From: Eukaryota sp. TZLM1-RC
Lineage: Eukaryota; Protista; Metamonada: BaSk clade
Direction of reading: 5' to 3'
NCBI GenBank assembly: GCA_040285825.1
Contig: JAUPSS010000006.1
Span: 1,240,001 to 1,304,000 of the forward strand
DNA: 64,000 nt
Shown: positions 37,761-51,460 of the stretch, one piece after another
Numbering within the stretch: position 1 is the first letter of the stretch
Layout of the letters: every line of letters starts with the position of its first letter
The notes under the pieces: model-generated
Databases searched by the model: none
Seen by the model: only the letters and a program-made list of their open reading frames with translations
Told to the model about the DNA's origin: nothing
Made by a program: the position numbers and the translations under genes

Positions 37761-38519
37761 TACATAAACGACTGAGTAATCATCAATCATTCAGTTTTTA
37801 ACTGTTTGAGATTGATTACGGTCAAGAAAGATCTGATTACATGTTTCTGTATAGTCTACATGTTTTTAGATTTTTCTAGGTTTCATACTTACAATGTTAT
37901 CTGTCCTATAATTGGGTTTTTCTATTGACAACTTTCTGCAGTTCATGTTTATCAATAGTTGAAAATTAAATCAATGATTCTCCTTTGTTCATTGAATCTA
38001 AATTAAAGGATGTAAAATGGAGGTCATTATCGAGCATTTCCCATCTATTCAAGAAGACTTCCATCGAAGTTAGTCTTCCTGAAACGTTGAATATCCCTAA
38101 ATCAAACAATGATAAATTTTCTTACATTTAGCATAGACATTCCCTGGATTTCGCGAATTTCCGATGGTTTCATTGAGGAGATCCATCATGGGTTCAGTTG
38201 TTGTCAGAAGATCAGACAGGTGATTTTAAAAAGGACGGTTTTGCTTCAATGTCGGCAGAAACTTGGGATTTACTTCTCGTCAGTCATTTCTTTGTACTTG
38301 AGGGTAGGGGAGGGGGATTCTCTGTCTTGAATCACAAAGTCTAGAGTCTCAAAAAGCTCATCGATGTAGATCGGAATTACAATGTTTGTCAAATTTAGTC
38401 TCATGTAGACTAATTACAAAGACATTTTCCAGCTGAAGATATCACAATCAGTCTCACCAACTTCTTCAGTATAGATATCTAACAATATTTATAACAAAAG
38501 ACTAAAATATCATCACTTA

Positions 38520-40010
38520 AAACATCAATCAAACCAATCCAATTCCACTTTGACTTCTACATCCAACTTTGAGGCTGCCAATAAAGCCTAAGGTTGTTCC
38601 ATTGCAGCATTTATGACAAAATTTGTGTTATCACAATAAGGACGTCGTTTTCTGATGTTGCAAACGTGCATTATCACCTAAACTTCATCCACCTAACCAT
38701 GGTACATTTTCATCAGAGAGTTGTGCCGTCAATATATACGTCGTTTTCATTTTTGACTGGAATGGGAACCACGGTTGGATCAGTTATTGGTGAACCCAAA
38801 GAGGCAAGTACAACAGGTTTGAACTCCCTTGTCAAGTAATTCAGAGTCTCCATTTAGTGGTTTTGCATAAAAAGTTTTGTTAATTTGGGAGAATTGGTAG
38901 CTGTATAAAGTTCATGAAATATCGACTTTGCACACATGAGATCTAAATCATCAAGAGGTAGTGATGATTGAAAGAGGTTTAAGGTTCTATTGCTGGTGAT
39001 GTAGGAAGCAACGAAGCACAAGTGAGCTATTTCGCCATAATTAGTGAGACCGAGTCCTCCAAATCTGGCTGATGGGAGAGAAATTAATTGAGGAAACATA
39101 GGAACAACACCAGTAACTCACGAAACAAAAGAAACTATTTGATGAAAGCATCTAATCAAGGGATTCTTGCTAACTGCTGGATGAGGAACACGTGCATGAA
39201 AAGACAGTTCAGTATTGATGAAAAGTTGGAAAAGTGTCTCACAAGAAGCAATTGCTCTTGTAACGTCAGCGATTCGAGGCATGTCAAAAGCGAACTAGTC
39301 ATTGATGGGCGCGAGGTGGAAAGATCATCTTCAGCTTTTAGACCAAAATTTGCTCCATGCACCTCAAAATTGTCGTTAGCTCCAACAGCAGCAGTTTTGT
39401 CGAGATTTACCTCAAGGCCAATGTCTTGGATAAAAGTCGAAAATTAATGAGAAACAGTTCTAACAATAGCATCAACATCATGATCATTGTAAAGAACAAA
39501 AAGGTCATCTAAATACAGCTTAAAGTTGCAAGATGGGTGAAGCGTGCTAAGCTGTGTTGCAAAGTGAACAAGTGCAGTCGAAAACAGCAAGGTGCCAAGG
39601 GGATCGCCTTGTCGAACACCACGTTCCGAAATAAACTGAGTCTTTAAAATGTAAGGATGGGCTAAGATAGCTGGCATTAAAAAATGGAAAGAGCAAAGGA
39701 CAGAATCGAGCAACAGACTGGGTGAACTGACACCAATCGACCTCGTTAAATGCATTGCACATATCAAACTCGACCATTTTAGCAAAAGATTGGCCAATAT
39801 TACTACGAATTGAGTGAACAATAGCTTCTCTACCACCAGAGATTCTTACACCATATTGGTTTAAATTAATCAAAAAGTCAACATTTACTTTTGATAGTGC
39901 AAGGCCAACAGAAATGCGATTAAATAGTTCTCCAACTGCCAAAGGGCTTACCTTATTGCTTTTCTTTTGAATCGTATGCATTCTACTGGAGGTGAGTACA
40001 CGTGTAAATG
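38520..40010 (-). mobile_element. Old, divergent CRE-like RT element (family F), many frameshifts
   Basis: PLAVGELFNRI, QYGVRISGGREAIVH, FDMCNAFNEV, GVRQGDPLG, LYLDD, LPSARFGGLGL. Confidence 0.85.
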
Positions 40011-40239
40011 GCTCACTGATTTTACCACTTCACAGGCTTGTATCTTTTGTTGTTTCTAATACTGTATTTCCTGTGTTAAGTGTCCCGTCAGTTGAAGATA
40101 TTTCCAACAATATGACATCCCCCCCCCAATAGGCCAGAAAGTCTTTATAGAATTCTTGTATCCGGTTTCCGTGATGGTAGTCTTTTTGGCCGTTATGGAT
40201 AATATAGTAAATATAACTCAACAATTAGATGTTGCTTTA

Positions 40240-40775
40240 TGGATGTCGTCGGAAGCAACGCCTGAAACTGTGCGACATCATAGTACTTTGAAACTTAGCT
40301 CCATTTCCGTTAAGAATTGGTGAACTACATTTAATTCTATTGTACAAGAAATGATAGAAATTTCTTCAAATCAAGAAGAAGCCATTAAAGAGGAATTTTT
40401 TAGAGATAAGCAACGGGGTCGCCCAACACTTCTACCAACTCAACAGCACAAAGAACCAATTGATTTAATAAAAGCTGTTTGACTAGCCAATGGCAGAGTC
40501 ACTGCAGTTATAATTCAGAGTATAGCAAGGGAAGCGATAAAATCATCAGGTTTAGATGCTTGACTGAAGGAAAATGGTTGTGGCTTAGTTCTGAGTGAAC
40601 GCTGGGCACGAGGAATACTGGAAATTATCCTCAAATGGGTGAAGCGGAAGGTAACCACGACAAGAAAACTCTCTCATAGTCAAGCTTATGAAGTAGCTTT
40701 GTCTATGAAAGTGACATCTGATATGCTGAACAGATCTAACCCAAAGCTAGTATTAGAGATGGACGAAACTCATGC
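40240..40775 (+). pseudogene. pogo/Tigger-like (CENP-B HTH, DDE_1) transposase N-terminal fragment
   Basis: RGRPTLLP..LVLSERWARGILEIILKWVKRKVTT..LVLEMDET (first catalytic Asp); in-frame stops; truncated by the 1.18-kb repeat. Confidence 0.7.
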
Positions 40776-40785
40776 GGGGGCCATT

Positions 40786-41964
40786 TACCAAGGTACTAAC
40801 TTCATCCATAACTACTAAATACTTCTTCTCAACATTGATTTTCTGGAGCAGTCAAAAAGTGAAATCTTTAAATTTCATCCCACGATCACGCCGCTTTTCG
40901 AGAAATTCATTCGTAGAAGTGATCAAAGTAGAATACTGCGAGGTCCAATTTGATGGTTGAATTACAAATTTGTTGCCACTTTGAATCATAATGCTAGTCA
41001 GCAGCGCTTCCAAGATGATTGTGGGAAATGACCATGAAATAGTGCTTTTTGGTCCTGATTTAGTTCCTTATAGGGTCTAGTTTTGTCATCAACCCTACTT
41101 TATACCAGTAGTTGGTTAAACAATTGGAAAGTACAACATAGTTTTCCTTGATGGGAATTTCAATCATCCAAATATCATCTTTAGCATCTGTGGTCTCGGA
41201 AGAGGAAAGGTTGAACAGAAAGTGAAATAGAATATCAGGAGGTTCGACAAAGAACTCATCTTATGCATTCAAAAGATGCAATGTGTTGAAGGCAGGGGAA
41301 GTAACCGGTAGTTGCGAGATACGTCGAAGTCGATCACGAAACATCAGATATGATTCATTCTTTTCACTGAGTAATACAATGTATACAGCTTTCTTCTCCG
41401 GATATGTGAACGAAGGGTTGCGAACAAGGGAATAATGTAGTCCTCAAAGCGTATGTAAGAAAGAACACTTGGTGGAATCCAATGCGTAACTGTCTGATTG
41501 AAATGGATTAGAAGTTTTGAGGTCATGAAAGCTAGTCTCTTTCTTCCCAGTATCATCAATGTCATCGAAAGGGCCACGGGTGAGGTGAATATTTGAGAGT
41601 GAGATCATCACTATGCAATAATCCTATATCTTCTCAGTTAGACTTTCCTATTAGAAACTGATATTGTTTCAGTTTTTTTCTTGAAAGAAATTCAATTCGT
41701 TTTGGTTAGAAACCTTTTCAAACTTGCACGCAAGTATGTACATAACCAACTTGACCAGATTGTACAACAGAGAATATGATTACATTTATAGAGGTTTATG
41801 CAATAAAATACCAGTTTTTTGGCTACTCTGCACATTATCTTCTTTGTGATGGAGTTAGTTGATTTCAACAACGGATAAGATCAAACCTTTGTACTTAAAC
41901 TAATATGCTAACCATACTGAATTAGTTACAGTTGAGGCCATGCCTTAAGCAGAAACTGTTTGAA
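40786..41964. repeat. 1.18-kb direct repeat, copy 1 (carries a decayed orphan-family gene fragment on the minus strand)
   Basis: Collinear and highly similar to 44456-45635. Confidence 0.93.
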
Positions 41965-42131
41965 TTATATTCAATTAATATTACTCCCAGAAAGTTGATT
42001 ACTAATTTAACATTATATCCAGAAATACTTCTTCAAATAATATTTATTTATTAGAAAACTTATCATATTTTTTTGGGAAAACTCCAAAATCCACACAGTT
42101 TCATAGATTCACAAAGCAATCCACATTTCCT

Positions 42132-45100
42132 ATGAACATTGATCTTAAACGTCTAAGGAACGATGAAACATTGGTGGCAACAGAACACAAGACGTGTGAG
42201 TCGAGATTGGACTTACAGACCTTCTTACATCAACTTGCACTTCAATACAACAAGGAATTCACAGTTGCTCCCAACAATAACAAAACGCGGTATGAGGTGA
42301 GGTGTACTGCTGCCGAATGTCCGTTCAATATCATAGCTAGGGCACCAATAGATTCTGAGGTCTGGTGTATTACCAAAGCGGTCATCCATGCAGCAGGATG
42401 TGTAGCCTCTCCGAAGACCTATTTTCCACCCAAGATCATTGCATACATCTTAAAAGAAGACTTCAGGTGCGAGAGACCGTTTTCGCCGAAAGCGTTGGAA
42501 AAGTCTAGCTCCATCATCAAAAATGGTACATCTGCAGCACGGACAATTAGGGCTGCACAAAACTACTTATACGGTGACAGGGAATCTTCCTATAGACTCC
42601 TCCCGTATTACTTTTCTGCTATATGTGAAAAGATGCCAGGAAGCGTGGCTTTTGTGAACTTCAATGCAGAAGGACATTTTCATAGATGTTTTTTCTCTCT
42701 TGAAGCTTCTATTGAAGGCTTTGAATACACCAAACCACTGTTGGGATTGGATGGATGTCACATTAAGACTCAATATCTTGGTGTTTTGATGGTTGTTACA
42801 ACAGTAGATGCAGCTGGACATACTTTTCCTTTTGCTTTCGGAGTAGTTGAAAATGAACATTATGATTCTTGGTAATGGTTCATAGAAGAGCTAAAAAAGG
42901 TTTTTGATTTGACTGGTATTACTGTCATATCTGATCGACAATAAGGACTTATCAAGGCTGTTGGGAAAACGTTGCAAACCTCTGCTCATGCATTTTGTGT
43001 AAATTATCTTGCCGATAATGCCAACGATAAGGGTTTTAAACAGGCCCGACCGTTCATATTCCGATTGGCCAAATGCTGTTCCAAAGTTGAATACGAGAAA
43101 CTGTTGCGTGAAATGACGTTAGTGAGTCCAGTTGCTGCAAACTACATCCGTAATACGGCTGAACCACACCATTGGGTTGAATATCAATTTTCAGGGAACA
43201 GATGTGGTCATGTTACCAACAACATAGTTGAATGTGTAAATGCGTGCATTGCAGAAGCTCGTCAGCTTCCATTTGTACATATGTTTGAATCGATTAGGTC
43301 AATGTTTTTTTATAATCTGAAATTTTGGTCAATGCTGGTGAGATGGTTTATTACGAGAAGAAAAGAAGCACGAAACTTATCATCAACTATTGTCTGCAGA
43401 GCAAATGATATTCTGGAACAGAGACTGTTACAATCTCGAGATTTAAAAGCTGTGGAATTGTACCAAGCTGAATTTGAAGTGAGAGAGAACGGCACTGTAT
43501 TTACTGTCAATGTGGATTCCAACGAATGCTCACGTGGAGCTTTGGAAAAAGAAGTGATTCCGTGTGTGTATTTACTCGTACTTCTTTCAGCAAAAGGAGT
43601 AGAGGTGTTGAATTGTGTTCTGAAGTTCATTCAACACAGAGATTTCTCAAAACTTACAGTGGAAGAATACTCTCAGTGGACGACATAAAACTTCATTTGG
43701 TTGTGAAGCAGATGCTAGAAGACAAGATCGAATCAGATATACTAATTCAACCTCCAATTCCTACACCGCGAGCAGGAAGACCAGGAGTCGTTAGGAAGAG
43801 GAGAAGTAATGAACCAAGAGGACCCAACAGCCGTAGCGAGAAGTTTACTGATGCAGTTGAACCAGGGCCCAAACAACGACGCAAGTACACATGTAAAGTA
43901 TGTGTACACAAATTAAAGTTAGTACACAAATTAATGTGAGTGAAAGAATTGTTTGGTCCAGCGCTAAAGGACTTATCATCCCTGAAGCAGTGTGCGATTT
44001 CACGGAAGCGTTTAAAATTCCAATCAACGCCAAAGTTGATTCACCGGAATCGATTTTGTTTTTTAAGTGTATAATAAGGGCAATAGTATCCTATCCAGAT
44101 CAAACGAACAGATAGCGCAGTTTCATAAGTTAGCATATCAGAAACATATTCACCAAGTGAATCAAAGAGTTCATTAGGCAAGATCTGTTTAGGGTACAGC
44201 TGAGGAGGTGTGACAAAAATAAAAAGAAGTGTATTTCCTTGAGTTTCTATGAGTGAATATGGTTTCAGCGCAACTGGACGATATTCAATCTCTCTTGCTT
44301 TGGAATGTTGTAAATTTGACAAATTTGTGTGAGTTCCGGAAACAACAACCAATAGGTTTGTCCATGTTTTTAATCCGTCCACCACTCTTAAATTTCTGGC
44401 AGCATGGCGTAGGGAGCGGCAAACATTACAAGCAAACATTACAGTTGAAATTGTCTACCAAGGTACTAACTTCATCCATAACTTCTAAATACTTCTTCTC
44501 TACATTGATTTTCTGGAGCAGTCAAAAGGTGAAATCTTTAAATTTCATCCCACGATCACGCCGCTTTTCGAGAAATTCATTCGTAGAAGTGATCAAAGTA
44601 GAATACTGCGAGGTCCAATTTGATGGTTGAATTACAAATTTGTTGCCACTTTGAATCATAATGCTAGTCAGCAGCACTTCCAAGATGATTGTGGGAAATG
44701 ACAATGAAATAGTGCTTTTTGGTCCTGATTAAGTTCCTTATAGGGTCTAGTTTTGTCATCAACCCTGCTATATACCAGTAGTTGGTTAAACAATTGGATA
44801 GTACAACATAGTTTTCCTTGATGGGAATTTCAATCATGCAAATATCATCTTTAGCATCTGTGGTCTCGGAGGAAGAAAGGTTGAACAGAAAGTGAAATAG
44901 AATATCAGGAGGTTCGACAAAGAACTCATCTTATGCATTCAAAAGATGCAATGTGTTGAAGGCAGGGGAAGTAACCGGTAGTTGCGAGATACGTCGAAGT
45001 CGATCACGAAGCATCAGATATGATTCATTCTTTTCACTGAGTAATACAATGTATACTGCATTCTTCTCCGGATATGTGAAACGCACGGTTGCGAATAAGG

Positions 45101-45965
45101 GAATAATGTAGTCCACAAAGCGTATGTAAGAAAGAGCACTTGGTGGAATCCAAGGTGTAACTGTCCGATGGAAATGGATTAGAAGTTTTGAGGTCAAGAA
45201 AGCTAGTCTCTTTCATTCCAGTATCATCAATGTCATCGAAAGGGCCACGGGTGAAGTGAATATTTGAGAGTGAGACCATCACAATGCAATAATCCTATAT
45301 CTTCTCAGTTAGACTTTCCTATTAGAAACTGATATTGTTTCAGTTTTCTTCTTGAAAGAAATTCAATTCGTTTTGGTTAGAAACCTTTTCAAACTTGCAA
45401 GCAAGTATGTACATAACCAACTTGACCAGATTGTACAACAGAGAATATGATTACATTTATAGAGGTTTTTGCAATAAAATACCAGTTTTTTGGCTACTCT
45501 GCACATTATCTTCTTTGTGATGGAGTTAGTTGATTTCAACAACGGATAAGATCAAACCTTTGTAATTAAACTAATATGCTAACCATACTGAATTAGTTAC
45601 AGTTGAGGCCATGCCTTAAGCAGAAACTGTTTGAACTTCATTCAACACAGAGATTTCTCAAAACTTACAGTGGAAGAATACTCTCAGTGGACGACATAAA
45701 ACTTCATTCGGTTGTGAAGCAGACGCTAGAAGACAAGATCGAATCAGATATACTAACTCAACCTCCAATTCCTACACCGCGAGCAGAAAGACCAGGAGTC
45801 ATTAGGAAGAGGAGAAGTAATGAACCAAGAGGACCCAACAGCCGTAGCGAGAAGTTTACTGATGCAGTTGAACCAGCGCCCAAACAACGACGCAAGTACA
45901 AATGTAAAGTATGTGGTGTCGAAGGACATAACGCAATAGGATGTCCCAACAAAGATAAAGTATAG
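42132..45965 (+). mobile_element. MuDR/MULE transposase pseudogene (42132-43904) with duplicated C-terminus (45632-45965)
   Basis: LGLDGCHIKTQYLGVLM, FPFAFGVVENE..SW*WF, VISDRQ*GL, HAFC, TNNIVECVN, decayed SWIM, and terminal CKVCGVEGHNAIGC knuckle. 43621-43904 is repeated at 45632-45915. Confidence 0.9.
44456..45635. repeat. 1.18-kb direct repeat, copy 2
   Basis: Collinear with 40786-41964. Confidence 0.93.
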
Positions 45966-46110
45966 CTCATAAACAAGATTGTGTGGACATTGATGTTTTT
46001 GAAGTTTTTGTGTGGATTGTGAAGTCTTTTGATGAAACAATGGATTTCAAACCAAATGCATTTTTCACAAATTCCCTACAGACTTTTTCCACATTTTCTT
46101 TCCACAACTT

Positions 46111-46974
46111 ATGAGTGAACATCAAAATGTAAACCGTGCTTTGTTTAATGACCTTTCGTTAGAGCTGTTTCCTGACGCCAATAAACTTACTGTTGGCGTT
46201 GTCTATTGTCTTTCAGGCCAGAAATCTAACAGACTCGAACCACGCGAACTTGACTTATTCTACACACACGATTACTCTTGGAGCCCCTCTGCTCTCAAAG
46301 AGTTTTTCCTGCAGCACTTTCACGCAATTTGCCGAGCTCAGGAAGTAAAAACTCATCCAAGAAGCTCTTTTCAGTTCTTCTTTTCTTATTGAAACGGCTG
46401 GAACTATACCAAAGTCGAGGCTTCCACAATCAGAAAATGGGTTGGAAATTGGTTGTCTGCTGCGCCAAATGATCGAAAGGAATACTCATTTTCGATCAAA
46501 ATAGCTGCCGATAATGTGTCTGCTAAGGAATACGGCTTGTTTATTAAGGAAACAGAAGCTGAAGAAGCAAGGTCAACTACAGTGGAGTTCTTGCAGGAAC
46601 AGAACCCAGATATTGACGGTCCTCAGTCTGCTTGGGAGACCTGGGCCAAAAATTATAAAGATGATCCAACATGCACTACAACTGCCATTCCAACAGGTCT
46701 AACGCAGTTTTTCACCAGAGTCAACCACTCTGTTGACAACGACGATGATATAGAAAGAGAAAACGAAGCCATTTTTCAGTTCATCGCCCAAGAAATTGTA
46801 GAAGCAAGAGATCACGCCATGAATGTCTTACAAGTTCGGACTGAGAACCTCATCTCGATTATGCCAAGCTTGATTCGAAGTGCTAGAAAGCGAGTGTCCT
46901 CCGTTGCTAGACTGTCTAGTGTTGTAGCCCAGCAACTCAAAAGAGCTGATAATGCTGAAAACAGTCACCAGTAA
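46111..46974 (+). pseudogene. Frameshifted orphan ORF between the two transposases
   Basis: Overlapping ORFs 46111-46392, 46278-46472 and 46453-46974 have coding-like composition; no domain recognised. Confidence 0.5.
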
Positions 46975-47063
46975 CTATATAATAACGTTTTAGTGTAGAT
47001 TTTGTTCGTTTCAGTGACATAAAAAGCTTTATTTTCTATCAATAGTGACTCTTTGACCCTTTG

Positions 47064-48084
47064 TTATTCTACAAACACCTTTAGTTTCTCTTTCAGGAGA
47101 TAGGGCGAGCGATAAACTTGAAACTGTTTCCAACCGGAATTGGAGAAAATCCTGTAACAGTTGTACCTCATATGGTGATGCAATATTGTGTTGAGGAGTT
47201 GAATTTGATCAAGATCGCTGTAGTACTGCGTTAACCTTCGAACAGTTTTTTTGAAGGAGTTAAAAAAGGTTTCAATGGGATTTTGCTCCGGGCAGTAAGG
47301 AGGAAGCTTAAAGTAGTGAAGACCTGCCTTTCGTAATGCTTCAGATATGTGTTGATGGATTTGGATCCGACAACCATCCAAGACAATACAGCTACGAGGG
47401 CCACCTCTTGTGCTCAAAAAGCCTAAACGAAGAAGTGAACGCAAGAAGCCAATGAACTGATGTCGGTCAAAGTGACCCTCCTGTATGTGCGAATGAACAT
47501 AACCGTTCACATCTATCGCTACACATGCTGAGATCTGACTATACTTAGTTGATAGACTCTCCACAACTATTGGACAACCCTTTGGTGACCAACCTTGTGT
47601 CCGAGTGAAGTCATTTCGTTGAAACGACACTTCGTCTATAAACAAAAACTGTTCTTGAACAACAGGACCTACAAAGTGAAAGATAGTTCTTTCGAATTGC
47701 TGAATAAGTTCCCGTTTGGCTCTATGTATTAAAGCTTGACATTTCTTGTAAGTGAAGCCTGCTCGTACAAGAGCTCGATTCCCCTGTTTTGTTGTAGTTG
47801 GAGAACTATTTCTTGTAAATACATAACTGCGTTGTCCTTAAGTAAGTTCTTTATGTACTGCAAATCATCAGATGAAAGTTTTCCTCTATCGGTGAAAAGG
47901 CCTTGACAAGCCATCTAGAAATTGTTGACTGGTCTACTAAGAAGTACTTGGTCACTTCAGCCTGTGTTTGTTCTAGCCAAAGATAAGTATAGACAGCCCG
48001 ACCTTTGGTGTCTTCCGATGCATGACACTTAAGATCGCGAAGATCTATTTTGGGGTCAAGTAGAAGTTGAAAAGTATATCCCAT
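47064..48084 (-). mobile_element. IS630/Tc1-type DD34E transposase, frameshifted
   Basis: HTH (QAEVTKYFLVDQSTISRW), MYLQEI, FIDEV, VLDG, LPPYCPEQNPIE, with 34 residues between the second D and the E. Confidence 0.9.
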
Positions 48085-48849
48085 GTGGAAAGAGTGTAAG
48101 AATTTGTGGGAAGGGAAGTTTGTGTGAAAAGATTCAATTGCCCACAAATGCAGTGAAATTGCACACAACTGAAGTGTGTGGATTTTGCGCCATTTTGAAT
48201 AAAAATGTGGAAAATGAATTTATCCCTATTTTTCTTTAAATTAATTTATTTTCATAACTACAAACTAGAAATCAATATCTTCAAAAAAAACTTCCACACT
48301 AGACTTGCCAAAGTAGAATCCGTTCCATTCCCTTTTCCACTTCCACTTCCTCATAAGTTTATTGCATTTCCATCTGCATAAATCTTATGGCTTTTTCATT
48401 GATTATTTAATTATGAAATAAGTAAACTCTTTTGCTTGTAAGTATGGTGCAGAATACACTTCCATCAACCCTGAATTTTAAACAGTTGCTATTTGAAAAA
48501 TGGAGATCCCTTGGTGTTGAAGAGTGAATATAACAAAAATAGAGTGGTGGATTTTGCTTCATATTGCTATAGTACTGATAGGTTTGAATGTGGATGGAAA
48601 AGCTCCACAGATGGTCATTTATTACTAGAAAATTTTATAGTATGGGTTTCAGGAAGGGATGACTAATAAACACGACATTTTTCTTTAGGTTTTATTTGAA
48701 TTATTTCGTCTTTTTTAATATTGTTTTATTCAATAAATAAAGTGTTTTGTTCTTTAAGTTTCCGTAAATTCGAATATGTAATTTCAGCATTCGCTGATAA
48801 AAGTATGTAGCCATCTTACTAGTGAGTACATAAGTATATAGAATCACAT

Positions 48850-49410
48850 TAATCAAAATTAACTTTATCTTAACCCGCCTTAACTAACATACTGATACAT
48901 ACATACAGCTAGCATAATGCCTAATGGCAACAAACACAAAGAATAAGTAAGAATGATGGTATTTTCCAGCTTATGGTGAACTGAAACAGGTTTTGAAAGC
49001 ACGACCACAACATCTATTATATTTATTTATTCGACCATCTGATGTAACCAATTATTCGTCACAAGATGGTTACCTACTTGACAAATTTTGACTTTGATAT
49101 CATACACAAAAAAGGTGTAAATAGTCACTGGGCTGATACGATATCAAGAAACAAAGGCACAAATTTAGTGAATGTTGCGTTACTTAGGGCAATCGCAGCT
49201 ACTAATTCAGGAAAACATGTCATTGAAAAAATACATGACAAGTATATTACTGCTCAAGGACCCTTTTGTACTGTATGATGTTTTTTTGGATAAACAACCA
49301 AGGAAACTACCTTAATATATATCGAATAGTATCAAACACAATTATCTTTATCTCGACCCGCCTTGTTAAACACACTATCATTCAGCTAACATAATGCCTG
49401 GAGGCAGCGC
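48850..49410 (+). mobile_element. Ty3/gypsy relic: RNase H C-terminal fragment between two diverged short direct repeats
   Basis: TRW/YLTNFDFDIIHKKGVNSHWADTISR; ctttatct..acccgcctt..cagcta.cataatgcct..ggca occurs at about 48860-48930 and 49345-49407. Confidence 0.65.
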
Positions 49411-49589
49411 AGCTCATTTTGTGACATGCTACAAATTGTTCGAAATTGATAACTTATCCTTCTTCACTACATGATGCTATTAGAGACACTGTTTTCAATA
49501 GATTACCACAGTTTTTCAGTCAAATTAGAGAAAAATATTAAAATGTTGATGAAAAAATATAATTGCTTTAAGAAATAGAATATCAACAT

Positions 49590-51460
49590 TCAAAACGTAA
49601 TGATTTGCCTTGGAGTTTCATCAATTACAACAAGAAATTGCTCTGGTTCAGGCTTCCAGAAAAGCTTCACCTCACTACCATCAAAACGCAACCGGTATAT
49701 GTCAGCACGTTTGATCTCGGCAGGTAGACATAGTTGAGACAATGCAGCTCCATTAACAGCAACGATTCTGAATGTGTCCTTAGATTGAGTTTGACGGATT
49801 ACACAAAAATATCCATCAGTAGATTCGTTATCCGCACTTAACTCATTCAACATACAATTTTTATGCAATTTTTGCTTCCTAGTGGATGAGGGGCAAAATA
49901 TGCTTTCATCATTAAGCAAAACAGAGACTCGTTTTCATTCAGAAAGAAAAACTGATCATTGTTGCAGTCAAATTTTCTGTAGAGAAAAGGCAGACACAAG
50001 CAACGATTAAAATAATGTTTTTGATTCAATAGAAATTCATCATCAATTAATAAAAATGCGGCATTCATAGGAAGAAGTTGTTTATAAATTTCAGTTTCTG
50101 AAGCACTCATCCAATCATGACAACTGACGATTCTGCTGAGTAGTAGAAATGAATGAACATATGTAATAATTGAACTGTTTTCTGGTGGCACCTGTTGAAA
50201 ATCTTCATGTAAATCATAAAGAACATCCGCTTCATCCAATTTCCCTTCATCAAAAATAATCAAGATGTGGTTTAAGTTATAATTAAAACTCTTGTCAATA
50301 AAACTCTTATATTCATGCTGGAATACTTTGACTGAAGGATCAAGTTTGCTTTTGCAAAACTAATTCACTTCAACGATAACAGTGATCTCAGCATAAAAAT
50401 TCCCCAAAATTTGTGTTAATAAAAGAAAATTCTGGTTGCAAATGTTTTCGAAGAATACAACGATTTTCTGATAATTTCTCAAATACTTGAAATCATTTGT
50501 CAAAAAATCAAACAGATTTGTAGATGGGGCTGTCATCACTATGCAAGCAGTGTCTGATAACTCGGACATTGCATAATATATTGCAGTAGTCAACCCAGAA
50601 CAAGGCAACTGTGGCTTAATCATGATTAACTTTCGGCCACAAGGAAGCTGATTAAGTTTCTGTGACAATTCAACCATGCCCTTGTGGACTGAAAATGGCA
50701 AGTGGGTATTTTTGAATAGCGAAGGATCTGCACAACCATTTTGAAGAAAAGAAGTATACATGGACTCAACGTCATCGACAGACGCACAAGGAAAAAAGCT
50801 AACACTTCGCAACCCATTTGGCAATGGTGGCTTTTTGAAAGGAAAATCCTTGTCATACTTAAGGAGGGGATTGTTATGACTAAGCCTGTTGTATAATAGT
50901 TGGTGTTGGTTGACTGAAAGAGTTTCTAAATTCATGGCATTGAACCCTCTGTCCACATTAAATACATATAACCTCGTATTTTCAATGACATTAGTTGATG
51001 ATAATTGAGTTTGTTGAGCCACCAAAGATGCTAAATCTACGATAGGTTGCAATCAAGATTGTCCAAAAGTTGAAAACATTGGCTCTGATGACAAATCGTA
51101 CAAGGCAGTGAATTCTTCTCCGGATATGTGAACGAACGGTAGCGAACAAGGGAATAATGTAGTCCACAAAGCGTATGTATGAAAGAGCACTTGGTGGAAT
51201 CCAATGCGTAACTGTCTGATTGAAATGGATTAGAAGTCAAGACTCTTTCTTTCCACGTTTATCAATGTCAGTGAAAAGGCCGCGGGTGAAGTTTAACAAA
51301 TCCATCCTAAATGGCGACATGCTTGAAAAGGGAATTGCCTTGATAAACATTTTCATGATATACAATCCTTCTACCTTACTCTTCCTCTCACTTGCTACAA
51401 TCCAGCTGGTCTTTCCAAGAATCTCATACTCTTCATGATAACAAACGTTGTGTATGACTC
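49590..51460 (-). pseudogene. Frameshifted large orphan-family gene
   Basis: Chain of overlapping or abutting ORFs (51037-51240, 50360-51052, 49847-50263, 49590-49919); 51108-51292 is shared with the 1.18-kb repeats. Confidence 0.65.

Noticed and set aside
20520-42950. In-frame TAA at conserved Lys positions (SGV*QGDP at 20532, DRQ*GL near 42942) suggesting stop-codon reassignment
   Set aside because: Intact genes here end in TAA, TAG or TGA, and long ORFs have no internal stops; single AAA>TAA mutations in dead elements suffice.
40786-45635. The 1.18-kb direct repeats as LTRs of a retroelement
   Set aside because: No TG..CA ends, PBS, PPT or gag/pol between them; they contain gene-like fragments and flank a DNA transposase.
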